64,000 nucleotides of DNA from positions 128,001-192,000 of the forward strand of contig CAWBAT010000003.1 of assembly GCA_963786955.1 (NCBI GenBank), written 5' to 3'. Shown here piece after piece: positions 20,930 to 30,740 of this stretch. Origin of the DNA: an uncultured Acidimicrobiia bacterium. Lineage in GTDB: Bacteria; Acidobacteriota; Terriglobia; Versatilivoradales; Versatilivoraceae. Made by a program: the position numbers and the translations under genes. The notes under the pieces are model-generated. The model was not told the DNA's origin and did no database searches. It saw only the letters and a list, made by a program, of their open reading frames with translations. Every line of letters begins with the position of its first letter. The first letter of the stretch is position 1.

Positions 20930-21439
20930 ATGAGAAAGCGAAGGCGGATACCGAAAAGGGCGAGAGAGTGGGAACCACGTATCGTGGCATTTTTTTGTAA
21001 CTGGTGCACTTACACGGCTGCTGATTTGGCTGGAGTCTCGAGAATGCGTCATGCTCCCAACGCACGTGTCATCCGTGTCATGTGTTCCGGGCGAGTCGAT
21101 CCTCAATTTATTCTGGACGCATTTGCCCGAGGCGCCGACGGAGTGCTGATCGGTGGCTGCCATCCGGGTGATTGCCATTATGCGGAGGGCAATTACAAGA
21201 CTTTACGGCGGTTTCAGCTCTTGAAGCGTCTGGTAAAAGACATGGGGATCGAAGAAGATCGCCTTCGCCTCGAGTGGATTTCCGCTTCCGAAGGCGAGAA
21301 GGTAAAGATCGTCATCAACGACTTGGTCGAGAAGGTTCGCCTTTTGGGGCCTCTTGCGATGCCCCATCAGTTCGAGACCTGGGATGAGGAACTACAGTCT
21401 ATTGCGGGAGAGGAAACGGAGGTGAGCACTCATGTCTGA
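20930..21439 (+). CDS. mvhD: Methyl-viologen-reducing hydrogenase delta subunit (MvhD/FlpD, 2Fe-2S)
   Basis: FFCNWCTYTAAD, RVMCSGRV, GCHPGDCHY, WISASEG; true start may be ATG 20926 with an indel. Confidence 0.93.
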   Translation: MRKRRRIPKRAREWEPRIVAFFCNWCTYTAADLAGVSRMRHAPNARVIRVMCSGRVDPQFILDAFARGADGVLIGGCHPGDCHYAEGNYKTLRRFQLLKRLVKDMGIEEDRLRLEWISASEGEKVKIVINDLVEKVRLLGPLAMPHQFETWDEELQSIAGEETEVSTHV

Positions 21440-22398
21440 GAAGCCCAAAGTTGCTTTTTACTGGTGCGCTTCTTGTGGCGGCTGTGAGGAGTCAATCGTT
21501 GATCTTGGCTGAAGACCTTCTCGAGGTGGTCGGAGCAATAGAGATTGTTCTCTGGCCGGTGGCAATGGACTTCAAAAAACATGATATTGAAGGGATGCCC
21601 GACTCTTCGATCCTGGCAGCTTTGGTTAACGGCAGCATCCGGACTTCAGAGCAGGAAGAGATGGCACGGCTATTGCGTCGCAAGAGCAAGATTCTCGTGG
21701 CCTATGGATCCTGTGCCCAATTAGGCGGTATTCCCAGTTTGGCAAACCAGTTTGGTAAGGAGCAAATCCTGGAGTACGTTTATCAACAATCACCCTCGGT
21801 CGTGAACGAATCTAAGCTGTTTCCCCAAAGGGAAACTCAAGTCAACGGCTTCAATGCAATACTTCCCCGGTTCCACACTCTCGTTCGTTCCTTGGACCAG
21901 ATCGTCGAAGTGGATTATTATCTCCCGGGCTGCCCTCCGACACCTAAATTGATTAAGCAAGCCTTGACAACTCTTCTTTCCGGCGATGCTCCTCCCAAAG
22001 GGACTGTTTTGGCGCCTGACGTCGCTCTTTGTGAGGAATGCGCCAGGAAATCATCGAAGCCTACCGACTTGCACTTCTCTCGTTTCAAACGCCCGCATGA
22101 AATCATGATTGATCCGGACAAATGTTTGCTGGCACAAGGGGTCTTATGTATGGGCCCTGCAACTCGAGGAGGATGTGAAGCGCTTTGTGTGCAGGGAAAC
22201 ATGCCTTGCACGGGCTGTTTTGGCCCTACGTCACGGGTCCGAGACCAAGGTGCTAAAATGCTTTCAAGCCTGGCCTCCTCTGTTGACGCCAAAGAGAAAA
22301 AGGAAATTGACGAGATTCTTGCGGGGATCCCGGATCCTGTTGGGAGTTTCTATCGATATGGTATGGCAAAGTCCTTGCTTAGAGGCAAATTAAATTGA
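21432..22398 (+). CDS. mvhG: Group 3c [NiFe] hydrogenase small subunit (frameshift near 21505)
   Basis: MSEKPKVAFYWCASCGGCEES from ATG 21432, then GSCA..GGIP, PGCPP, CMGPATRGGCEALC..MPCTGCFG. Confidence 0.9.
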
Positions 22399-22501
22399 TC
22401 GGGAAATAAAGAAGAATTTCAACTTATTAAGTTGCGACTGAGTGCGCCAGAGTCGCCGGGACGTTTTAAGGAAACTATTGGAAGGCGTTGGAGGTAGAGA
22501 G

Positions 22502-24052
22502 ATGGATGAAAGTATTCGCACCGTTTGGAGCGAAGCCCAGAAAAAGGCAAATGCGAGCTACATGCAAACTCGCCGAATCACGATTGATCCCATTACACGG
22601 CTGGAAGGACATGGGAAGATCGACATTTTTTTGGATGATCAAGGTGAGGTGGAGAAGGCTTATTTTCAAGTACCGGAACTTCGAGGGTTTGAGGTGTTCA
22701 GTATTGGACGTCCGGCTGAAGACATGCCACAGATTACAAGTCGTATCTGTGGGGTCTGTCCCACTGCTCATCATATGGCGGCTACCAAAGCCCTGGACGA
22801 TCTTTATAAGGTCGAACCTCCTCCTGCAGCGAAGAAAATACGGGAGCTAGTTTATAGTACATTCATGTTGGAGGACCATGCTCTCCATGTGTATTTGCTG
22901 GGAGGGCCGGATTTTATTGTCGGCCCGGATGCTCCTCGCGAACTCAGAAACGTACTGGGGGTTATTGATAAAGTGGGACTTGAAACTGGCAAGAAGGTCA
23001 TCAGCATGCGCCGCCGATTACGCGAACTCATCACCTACGTCGGCGGAAAGGTGATTCATCCGGTTCTTGGCTTGCCGGGAGGGGTCGCCAAGGGGATCAC
23101 CTCTGATGAGCTCCCTCGATTCCAGCAACTCGCAAAAGACGGCCTGGAGTTTGCTCTTTTCACTCTCCAGGTTTTCAAAGACATTGTCCTAAAGAACAAG
23201 GACTATGTGAATCTCATTTCTTCAGATATCTATACTCACAACACTTATTATATGGGCCAAGTGGATGAATCCAACCGGGTAAATTTCTACGACGGGATGC
23301 TAAGAGTCGTAGACCCCAATGGCGTGGAGTTTGTCAAATTTCGAGCGCAAGACTATCTGAATCAGATTGCGGAACGCGTTGAAACATGGAGTTATGTGAA
23401 GTTTTGTTATCTCAAATCAGTGGGTTGGCATGGCTTTACTGATGGAAAAGAAAGCGGAATCTACTGTGTGGCCCCGTTGGCGAGATTGAATGCGTCCGTG
23501 GGAATGGCTACTGCAAAAGCACAACAGGCTTATGAGGAATTTTACACAACTTTAGGAGGCAAACCCGTTCAGCACACCTTGGCAAATCATTGGGCAAGGA
23601 TCGTCGAAATGATTTATGCAGCAGAAAGAATGAACGAATTGCTCAATGATCGCGAAATCACTAGCAAAGACCTTCGAGTGATCCCCACCATGACTCCCAC
23701 CTCGGGGATTGGTGTTGTAGAAGCTCCTCGCGGCACACTCTTCCATCATTATGAGACCGATGACAATGGAATCATCCGGAAAGCAAACTTGATCGTTGCA
23801 ACGCAAAACAACTCTGCCCGGATGGCCATGAGCGTTGAAAAAGCAGCCAAAGGTGTCATTCATCATGGTGAAGTTTCTGAAGGGTTGTTAAATCGAATCG
23901 AGATGGCATTTCGAGCCTATGATCCCTGCCACGCTTGTGCCACTCACTCCCTTCCAGGAAACATGCCGCTCATCGTACGGGTGCGTGATCAAAGGGGTGA
24001 AACGTTGAGCATCCTGCAACGCGATCCGGACGGAAAGATATCCAGGAGTTAA
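22502..24052 (+). CDS. mvhA: Group 3c [NiFe] hydrogenase large subunit
   Basis: IDPITRLEGHG, L1 SRICGVCPTAH, EAPRGTL, L2 RAYDPCHACATH plus cleavable C-terminal extension; GGAGG RBS before ATG 22502. Confidence 0.93.
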   Translation: MDESIRTVWSEAQKKANASYMQTRRITIDPITRLEGHGKIDIFLDDQGEVEKAYFQVPELRGFEVFSIGRPAEDMPQITSRICGVCPTAHHMAATKALDDLYKVEPPPAAKKIRELVYSTFMLEDHALHVYLLGGPDFIVGPDAPRELRNVLGVIDKVGLETGKKVISMRRRLRELITYVGGKVIHPVLGLPGGVAKGITSDELPRFQQLAKDGLEFALFTLQVFKDIVLKNKDYVNLISSDIYTHNTYYMGQVDESNRVNFYDGMLRVVDPNGVEFVKFRAQDYLNQIAERVETWSYVKFCYLKSVGWHGFTDGKESGIYCVAPLARLNASVGMATAKAQQAYEEFYTTLGGKPVQHTLANHWARIVEMIYAAERMNELLNDREITSKDLRVIPTMTPTSGIGVVEAPRGTLFHHYETDDNGIIRKANLIVATQNNSARMAMSVEKAAKGVIHHGEVSEGLLNRIEMAFRAYDPCHACATHSLPGNMPLIVRVRDQRGETLSILQRDPDGKISRS

Positions 24053-24361
24053 TGGATCCATCCTTCAATGAGAAAAATCAAGTCGCATTCGTATGGTTAT
24101 GGAAGACCTTGGAAACACAATCCCTGTTTATTCCTCCAACCCCTCTCTTTAACGGAAAGGGTCGTTCGCCAGACGGCAGACCGGGTGACCTCGACTCGAC
24201 GTGTCTGTCTATTTGCAACTTGGTACAAAACCCGGAGACAGAGAGAAGATCTCTGAGAATCAAGATTCAATATCGAGGAATAGAGGCGTCATTTCGCTCC
24301 ACCGGTTTTTGTAAGAGTAGAAGGGGAGCGACTGCCCTATGCCTGTATCAAATATGGAAAT

Positions 24362-24844
24362 ATGGGAATGATACCGAAAATTCTAGTTTTGGGACTGGGA
24401 AACGAGCTCCTGAGTGACGATGGAGTTGGAATTAAAGCTGCCCGAGCTCTGCGAGAAGAGCTTCAGTCCCAGGTCGATGTCATCGAATGTTCTGAATCCG
24501 GTTTATCCCTGTTGGATGTTCTGGAGGGATATGAGCGAGTCCTGCTCCTCGATGCGATTTTAACCGGCCAACACCCCCCCGGAACCGTCTTAGAGTTTTG
24601 CGCGCAAGATTTTCCTGATACGGTCATCCTTTCACCCCACTCCGCTGGGATTCCAGAACTCCTCCAACTGGCCAAAAGGCTGGGAATCCACTTTCCTGAA
24701 AAACTGTACATCCTTGCCATAGAGGTAGAAAATCTGTTTGAACTGGGGGAAAAGTTGACCCCAGCGGTGGAAGCCGCTCTCCCTGAATTTATTTCCAAGG
24801 GAAAGGAACTCATAGGCAGGCTGGAATGCCACACTACCCGCTGA
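24362..24844 (+). CDS. Hydrogenase maturation protease
   Basis: LVLGLGNELLSDDGVG, LLLDAI, SPH motif of the HyaD/HycI family. Confidence 0.92.
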   Translation: MGMIPKILVLGLGNELLSDDGVGIKAARALREELQSQVDVIECSESGLSLLDVLEGYERVLLLDAILTGQHPPGTVLEFCAQDFPDTVILSPHSAGIPELLQLAKRLGIHFPEKLYILAIEVENLFELGEKLTPAVEAALPEFISKGKELIGRLECHTTR

Positions 24845-24897
24845 CTGCCGACCTTTCGCCATAGGGATTCAGGTGATTTGAACAGGAGAGTAAACCC

Positions 24898-26523
24898 ATG
24901 ATGACCGTTGCTGAACTCATCATCGCGGATGCCCATGCCCGAGGACTGCGTCATTTCTTTGGCCTTCCAGGCGGCGGTTTCCCGTTGGATATGATGGAGG
25001 CGGGGCGAAGGTTTGGAGTTGACTTTGTGTCGACGAGCCACGAATCTTCTGCAGCGATAATGGCTGCTTACTATGGAGTGTTGAAGCAGACTGCGGGCCT
25101 GGCGCTATCGGTCAGAGGTGTAGGGGCCGGAAACCTGCTGGGTGGAGTCGTCAATGCGCATTTTGAACGCGTTCCTGTCGTGGCGGTGTGCGAAACCGTT
25201 CCAACATCGATGGCGGCTTATCCATCAATTCAATACTGCGACCAGTTAAGCTGTTATCAGGGGATTTGCAAATATGCCGCTGCTGTCTCGAAAGAGGACG
25301 CAGCTGCTCAAATACAAGCATCTGTCTATCATTCATTGGAAGGCCGGCCAGGCCCGACTTTGTTAAATGTTCCGGCAGATCTCAATCAAACGGCTTGGGA
25401 TGCTCCTCTCTCATCCAAGCCCGTCGCTTCTCCTTCTCCTGCTAGTTCTGCCCAAATCGCTTTAGCCCGAACCTTTCTTGGTGAAAAAAAACGTCTAGTT
25501 GTAATTGCCGGTGCTGATGTGATTCGCGCCGGTGCCACTGAGGAGCTCCGCGAGCTGGTGGAGTCGTTAGAGGCGGTGGTCCTCGTAACAATGGATGCCC
25601 GCGGGGTTTTCCATGAACGGCATCGTCGCTGGGCGGGAGTGCTGGTGGGTTCGTTTAACCCCAATATTATTGAGTCGAAAGTATTGGCCAAAGCCGATGG
25701 CGTGCTCGTAGTGGGTGCAGATGCCATGATGACCCACGCTGCTTGGAATGTTAACCTGCCTGTCTGCGAGCTGTCTGCCCGATCTGAATATGCTGCTCTC
25801 TCGGTCCACCCCGAATTGCGAGTTGACGGCGAGCTCAGAAGTTCATTACGGGCCATGGGGGATCTTAATCAGCAGGGGTTTCCTTTAGAAGAGATTCAAG
25901 CATTGCGCCGCGACATTTTGTTTTACTTCAAACGGCCCGGGCAGGCTCGCTTGGCTGCTCAGGATGTCATTGAGATTGTGCGGCGCATTCTTCCACCCGA
26001 AGGGATTCTTTTTTCGGAAACGGGCGCCTTTGTCTGTATGCTCGAGCACATTTGGTCGGTTGAACACCCAGGCACCTATTACGGAACTTCCGGAGGCCGC
26101 ACCATGGGTCTCATGTTGCCCGCGATCCTTGGAGCCCGGCTGGCAGAGCAGAAACGGCCCATGGTCGGGATTGGTGCCGATGGGAGTTTGTTGATGAGAC
26201 TCGGTGAATTGGAGGTCCTCAAGCGTTCGGGGGTGGCCGTTCCTCTTGTAATCCTGAATGACCAGGCTCTCGGCACCATGAAATCTCGCCAGAAATCTCG
26301 CGGCATGCCAGATTACGGTCTCGATTTTTCACCAGTGGACTTTGCCGCTATTGCCCGGGCCTGTGGCCTCCAGGGTGTCCAGGTAGACTGCCCGGAGGCC
26401 TTGGAGAAGGAACTGCAGCGAGCGATGGTTTCTTCAACCTCGACTTTGATTGATGCTCGAGTAGATTCTCAAATCTATCAGGACAGCTTTGGGCCTGCAA
26501 TCGGGGTCTTGAGTCCAAATTAG
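24898..26523 (+). CDS. Thiamine-diphosphate-dependent enzyme (acetolactate synthase-like superfamily)
   Basis: FGLPGG, HESSAAIMA, GVGAGN, variant TPP motif ADG...LND; AGGAG RBS. Confidence 0.88.
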   Translation: MMTVAELIIADAHARGLRHFFGLPGGGFPLDMMEAGRRFGVDFVSTSHESSAAIMAAYYGVLKQTAGLALSVRGVGAGNLLGGVVNAHFERVPVVAVCETVPTSMAAYPSIQYCDQLSCYQGICKYAAAVSKEDAAAQIQASVYHSLEGRPGPTLLNVPADLNQTAWDAPLSSKPVASPSPASSAQIALARTFLGEKKRLVVIAGADVIRAGATEELRELVESLEAVVLVTMDARGVFHERHRRWAGVLVGSFNPNIIESKVLAKADGVLVVGADAMMTHAAWNVNLPVCELSARSEYAALSVHPELRVDGELRSSLRAMGDLNQQGFPLEEIQALRRDILFYFKRPGQARLAAQDVIEIVRRILPPEGILFSETGAFVCMLEHIWSVEHPGTYYGTSGGRTMGLMLPAILGARLAEQKRPMVGIGADGSLLMRLGELEVLKRSGVAVPLVILNDQALGTMKSRQKSRGMPDYGLDFSPVDFAAIARACGLQGVQVDCPEALEKELQRAMVSSTSTLIDARVDSQIYQDSFGPAIGVLSPN

Positions 26524-26549
26524 TGACAGGCGCATCCATGTCTTTTGCT

Positions 26550-26602
26550 GTAGCCGGGGCCGCTGGCCCCGGAAATAGACAGGCCGGGAGGCCTGTCTCT
26601 AC
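26550..26602. repeat. Inverted pair of GTAG-hairpin REP-like units
   Basis: GTAG-ccggggcc-gct-ggccccgg on plus and GTAG-agacaggcc-tccc-ggcctgtct on minus, between convergent genes. Confidence 0.65.
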
Positions 26603-26741
26603 CCGGCCACCGCCGATCTTTCTATTTCGATGGAATGCGCGCCCGCGAACGCCGTCCCCCGCTTCCGCGTTTGTTGAGCGTGCGTCGGAGCGCCCGCTCC
26701 ACCACACTGCGCTAAAGCAAATTCGGGATTGGGTTTAATAA

Positions 26742-27782
26742 TTAATGCGGGAGTTGGACTCCGTAGTTGTGTGCCACTTCGGCGATTTGTCTCCAGGTCT
26801 CGTCATCGATGGGGATGCCCGCTTCTTGGCGTCTGGCTTTTTCCCTGGCCTCCGGTTCCCCCGGAATCAAGATGGAATCAAACCCTGGCGCCAAAGCGCT
26901 GCTTTTGACGAATTCGATGAGCCCTTCAACATCGAAATAAAATGCGGCTTCCGGGCGGAATCGCTCGATATGGATCACAATCCCTAGAAAAGCATTGCCT
27001 ACGCGATCGGCGTCCTTTCGGCTGCATCCAGCGCCAGATAAGGCCCCTGCCAGAATATCCGTGACCAGTCCTAAGGCAAAGCCCTTATGGCCTCCAAACG
27101 GGAGCAATGCTCCTTCCGGTGGGCCGTAGAATGTGGCAGGGTCTGTCGTAGGATTTCCATTGGAATCGATGATGTTGCCCGGCGGAACCGGGATTTTCTT
27201 GTTGAGCATCGTGCGCACTTTACCTTCCGCGATGGAACAGGTGGAGAGATCCAACAGAATAGGCCAGCTGTCCTTCCTGGGGATGGCGGCGGCAATGGGA
27301 TTTGCCGATAGCCTTCTTTCTCTGCCTCCCCAGGGAGCCACCAATTTACCTCCCCCATGGGTATTCACAAATAGCAGAGCAATCATTCCTTTATTTGCGG
27401 CCATTTGAGGATATTCGCCGATGCGACCTAAGTGGCAACTCTGGCGGACCGAAACGATCCCGATCCCTGCCCGCTCTGCTTTTTGGATGGCTAGATTCAT
27501 CGACTCTTCCCCGATGACCTGACCAAATCCCCATCCTCCATCAATGATGGCCAGGGTATCGGTTTCGTGCACAACACGCGCATGGGCTCCCAAAGTGACG
27601 AGCTTCTGCTCCATCCATCGCACATATTCAGGGATTCTCAGGACTCCGTGAGAGTCGTGCCCCACCAGATTGGCTTCCACGAGGGAACCGGCAACACGGT
27701 TGGCCTCATTTAAATCTGCTCCGGCTTCATGAAAGATCTGGCTGGTAAATTGTATTAACACTCCGGCTGGTAAAATTGGCAT
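26742..27782 (-). CDS. Ldh_2 family (malate/L-lactate/sulfolactate-type) NAD(P)-dependent oxidoreductase
   Basis: GHDSHG, DGGWGFGQ, HLGRIG, NPIA, LPFGGHKG, IPGEPE. Confidence 0.92.
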   Translation of the reverse strand: MPILPAGVLIQFTSQIFHEAGADLNEANRVAGSLVEANLVGHDSHGVLRIPEYVRWMEQKLVTLGAHARVVHETDTLAIIDGGWGFGQVIGEESMNLAIQKAERAGIGIVSVRQSCHLGRIGEYPQMAANKGMIALLFVNTHGGGKLVAPWGGRERRLSANPIAAAIPRKDSWPILLDLSTCSIAEGKVRTMLNKKIPVPPGNIIDSNGNPTTDPATFYGPPEGALLPFGGHKGFALGLVTDILAGALSGAGCSRKDADRVGNAFLGIVIHIERFRPEAAFYFDVEGLIEFVKSSALAPGFDSILIPGEPEAREKARRQEAGIPIDDETWRQIAEVAHNYGVQLPH

Positions 27783-28438
27783 TAATTAACCTCCATCGCA
27801 ATTGCGCGGACAGGGGAAGCTTCCCGTCCACTGAGTTTCAAAGGAATGGCCATGAGATGAAATACATCGGAGGGGATCAGGTCCAGGCGAGTCAAGTTTT
27901 CGAGGATGACAACATCGTGCCCCAGCAGTTCCAGGTGTGCTTCAAAAGGAGTGCGATCCACAGAGGGCAGGTCGACTCCCAATAAGTGAACTCCACAACG
28001 AACCAGGTATTGTGCGGCTTCTCCGGTCAAGATTGGGTGTTGTTCGAAATAATTCTGATCCCCCCAATGCCGGCTCCACCCTGTCCACAACACCACCTTT
28101 CTCAAGGAACGAAGTGAGTGCTCATGCCTGTCGAGGTCTTTTTTCTCAATGGGGGCATTGGGCGGTAGAGTTGAAAGGTTTATGAGAAGTGTCAGTCCGA
28201 TGCACTGGCTGAAAGAAATCTGATCAATCGTGTGGCCATTTTTGAAGAAATGAAACGGGGAATCCATGTGAGTTCCACAATGCAACCCCAATTCGATGCT
28301 ACTGCTTTTCAAGGTTCTTCGGCCGCTGGAATCGTCGCCCGCGGTTTCCGTCATGCGGGCTCGGAATGGAGGGTAGTCAGGATAGACCGGAGTTGATTCC
28401 TGCAGATCGTAGCTCAGATCAATGTAACGCGATGGCAT
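27782..28438 (-). CDS. Cyclase family metal hydrolase (kynurenine formamidase-like)
   Basis: HCGTHMDSPFH motif, GVDLPSVD, ILENL, EASPVRA. Confidence 0.9.
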   Translation of the reverse strand: MPSRYIDLSYDLQESTPVYPDYPPFRARMTETAGDDSSGRRTLKSSSIELGLHCGTHMDSPFHFFKNGHTIDQISFSQCIGLTLLINLSTLPPNAPIEKKDLDRHEHSLRSLRKVVLWTGWSRHWGDQNYFEQHPILTGEAAQYLVRCGVHLLGVDLPSVDRTPFEAHLELLGHDVVILENLTRLDLIPSDVFHLMAIPLKLSGREASPVRAIAMEVN

Positions 28439-28553
28439 TAGGCTCCCCTTTGGTAGAAAGACTGTAATGGCCCGCCTGATTCTAGGATAGCCCTCAGCCG
28501 AATCAAAGGAGTATTTGCAAAATTTGGAGGCCCGAACTCCGCGAAACCGCTCG

Positions 28554-28597
28554 GTAGGGGCGAAGCATCCGTCAACTGGCGGATGCTTCGCCCCTAC
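28554..28597. repeat. Perfect 18-bp inverted repeat starting GTAG (REP-like)
   Basis: gtaggggcgaagcatccg-N8-cggatgcttcgcccctac. Confidence 0.75.
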
Positions 28598-28710
28598 ATA
28601 TTCAACCCCACAGTGTCATCTACCTCGGACGGCGATGGACGAGATGGATCTTCTCCAGGAGAATCATTAGACAAACGACAAGATTTTAAGGAATATAAGT
28701 TGCCGTTATT

Positions 28711-29686
28711 TTGAACCACATTCCAAATTATCCAAAAGGATTTAGCCGAGGAAGACCTTTGCAGGAAGGGAAAAAGTCCCGCCGTATAGCTGTCTTAGTT
28801 GTAATAATTGGCCTGGTGGTCATCAAGCTTATTGCCCCATCTTTTTTTGGGATTGGAAACCTGACCAATTTGTTACGTCAGGTCTCCATTAATGGGGTCA
28901 TCGCCTGCGGCATGACAATCTTGATCATCTCTGGTGGATTTGACCTCTCCGTTGGCGCCATGCTCGCTTTTTCCGGAGTCCTGGCGATTCATTTTGCTCA
29001 ACAGGGCACTTGTCCTGGCAATCCTGGTCCCTCTTTCGATTGGAGTCCTCGGAGGATGTGCGAATGGGATTCTAGTCAGCTGGTTTTCGATTAATCCGTT
29101 AATCGTGACGCTCGGATTTCGATATCTCTTGTATGCAGCCGCAAATCTTTTTACTGCGGGATTCATCCAATATAACCAAAACCCTGATTTTCTTCCCTTA
29201 GGTCGGAGCCATCTCTTTGGAGTCCCGGCGCCTGGGATCATCTTTCTTGGCCTGGCTCTGCTGTCTCACTTCGTTCTGCATTACACCCGGTTAGGGTTGT
29301 CGTTCTTTGCGGTCGGGAGTAACGAGCGGGCTGCCTATTTTTCCGGCTTGCCGACGCGGAGAATCCGGGTGTTGGGGTACCTCGCTTCTGGTCTCTGTGC
29401 CGCCTTGGCTGGGGTCGTCCTCGCTTCACGGTTGGGCGTCGCTGCTCCGGATGCAGGAGAAGGCTACGAACTAGAGGCGATCGCGGCAGTGGTCGTTGGA
29501 GGTACCAGCTTATTCGGCGGTTCTGGAGGGATTGGTAAGACAATATTGGGTGTTGGGTTGTTGGGGATCCTGAGTAATTTACTCGTTCTGGCTGGACAAT
29601 CTTACGAAACGCAGCGAATCGCAACTGGAACGATCATTGTGCTGGCAGTCGCCGTGGACGTTCACCTTCGCAAAAAGGCGGCATGA
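28711..29686 (+). CDS. Sugar (RbsC-type) ABC permease 1 (frameshift near 29005)
   Basis: GGFDLSVGA in first ORF; GSNERAAYFSG and YELEAIAAVVVGGTSLFGG in second; start uncertain. Confidence 0.85.
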
Positions 29687-30625
29687 GAAGACAATCGCAT
29701 TATTGGGAAAAATCAAGAACCGCGGTCATCCTCTGTTTACTCATTGCCCTAATGGCCTGCCTGGAGCCGCGCTTTCTGAGTCCTTCAAATATTTCCAATG
29801 TTCTCTTACAAGTTTCCATTGAAGGAATTGTAGCGACAGGTTTAACCCTGGTGGTCCTTACGGGAGGCCTGGACTTGTCTGTGGGAGCCGTGACTGCGTT
29901 GAGTGGAGTGATCTTTGTTCTCTCGGCTCCGCTGGGGTTGGCATGGGCCGGTCTGATTGCTCTCCTTTCGGGCACTCTGGTCGGAATGGTCAATGGCTTT
30001 TTGATCGGACCCTGCAAACTGAATTCATTTATTGTCACCCTGGGAGCCATGGCAGGAGTTCAAGGGATTGCTTTGTGGATCAGTCGAGGGTATCCACTCG
30101 CGGGAACTGGCGGCGATTTTGAAATGCTGGGCGGAGGTTTTTTTCTTCATATTCCACTTCCGATTGTCTTCTATTCGTGTATCTTGATTCCCTCGCATCT
30201 TCTTGTTGTCCCATACACAATTTGGAAGGGACCTCTATGCGATTGGGGGAAATCGAAAAGCGGCAAAACTGGCTGATATCGATATCGTTCAGCGGGAGTG
30301 GGTTGCCTATGTTCTCTGTTCGATACTGGCCGCGTTCTCTGGAATGATTCTGGCTTCGCGTTTGAATACAGGGTCTCCAATTATTGGACAGGATTTGCCC
30401 TTGCAGGCTATTGCCGCGATCGTTTTGGGGGGGACGAGCCTCTATGGAGGCCGGGGAGGAACGATTCGAACAATGGTCGGAATTTTGACCATCGGAGTTC
30501 TTTCCAACGGATTAAACCTGCTGAACGTATCTCCCGCTTATCAATGGGGCATCAAAGGCTCCGTCTTGATCTTAGTGGCGGGGATCGATAGTGCCCGAGG
30601 AAGAATGCGCTCACAGACTGTTTAG
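29683..30625 (+). CDS. Sugar (RbsC-type) ABC permease 2 (frameshift near 30200)
   Basis: GGLDLSVGA; FGRDLYAIGGN; AIAAIVLGGTSLYGG. Confidence 0.85.
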
Positions 30626-30740
30626 GGTAAACGAATTTCAGAGTATCGCGTCCGGCGGGCGTCGGTCCCGTGAGTTGAGTAGGAATGAATTGAGGCTGAA
30701 AAGAAGTTAAACCCATCCAGCTAAAAACTAAGGAGGCAAT

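Noticed and set aside
10918-21439. Class II benzoyl-CoA reductase (Bam) or sulfur-oxidising sHdr cluster
   Set aside because: No tungsten-containing BamB/AOR gene and no lipoate-binding, TusA or DsrE genes in the cluster; a NiFe hydrogenase is present instead.
22442-22501. SRRDVL twin-arginine-like leader on the extended mvhA ORF
   Set aside because: No hydrophobic region follows, a better RBS and ATG lie at 22502, and group 3c enzymes are cytoplasmic.
14258-24052. Selenocysteine recoding in HdrA, MvhD, MvhG or MvhA
   Set aside because: The relevant positions are Cys codons; the break in mvhG is a frameshift, not an in-frame TGA at a Cys site.
24052-24417. 121-aa ORF between mvhA and the protease
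   Set aside because: No recognisable domain and it overlaps the protease start; likely spurious.
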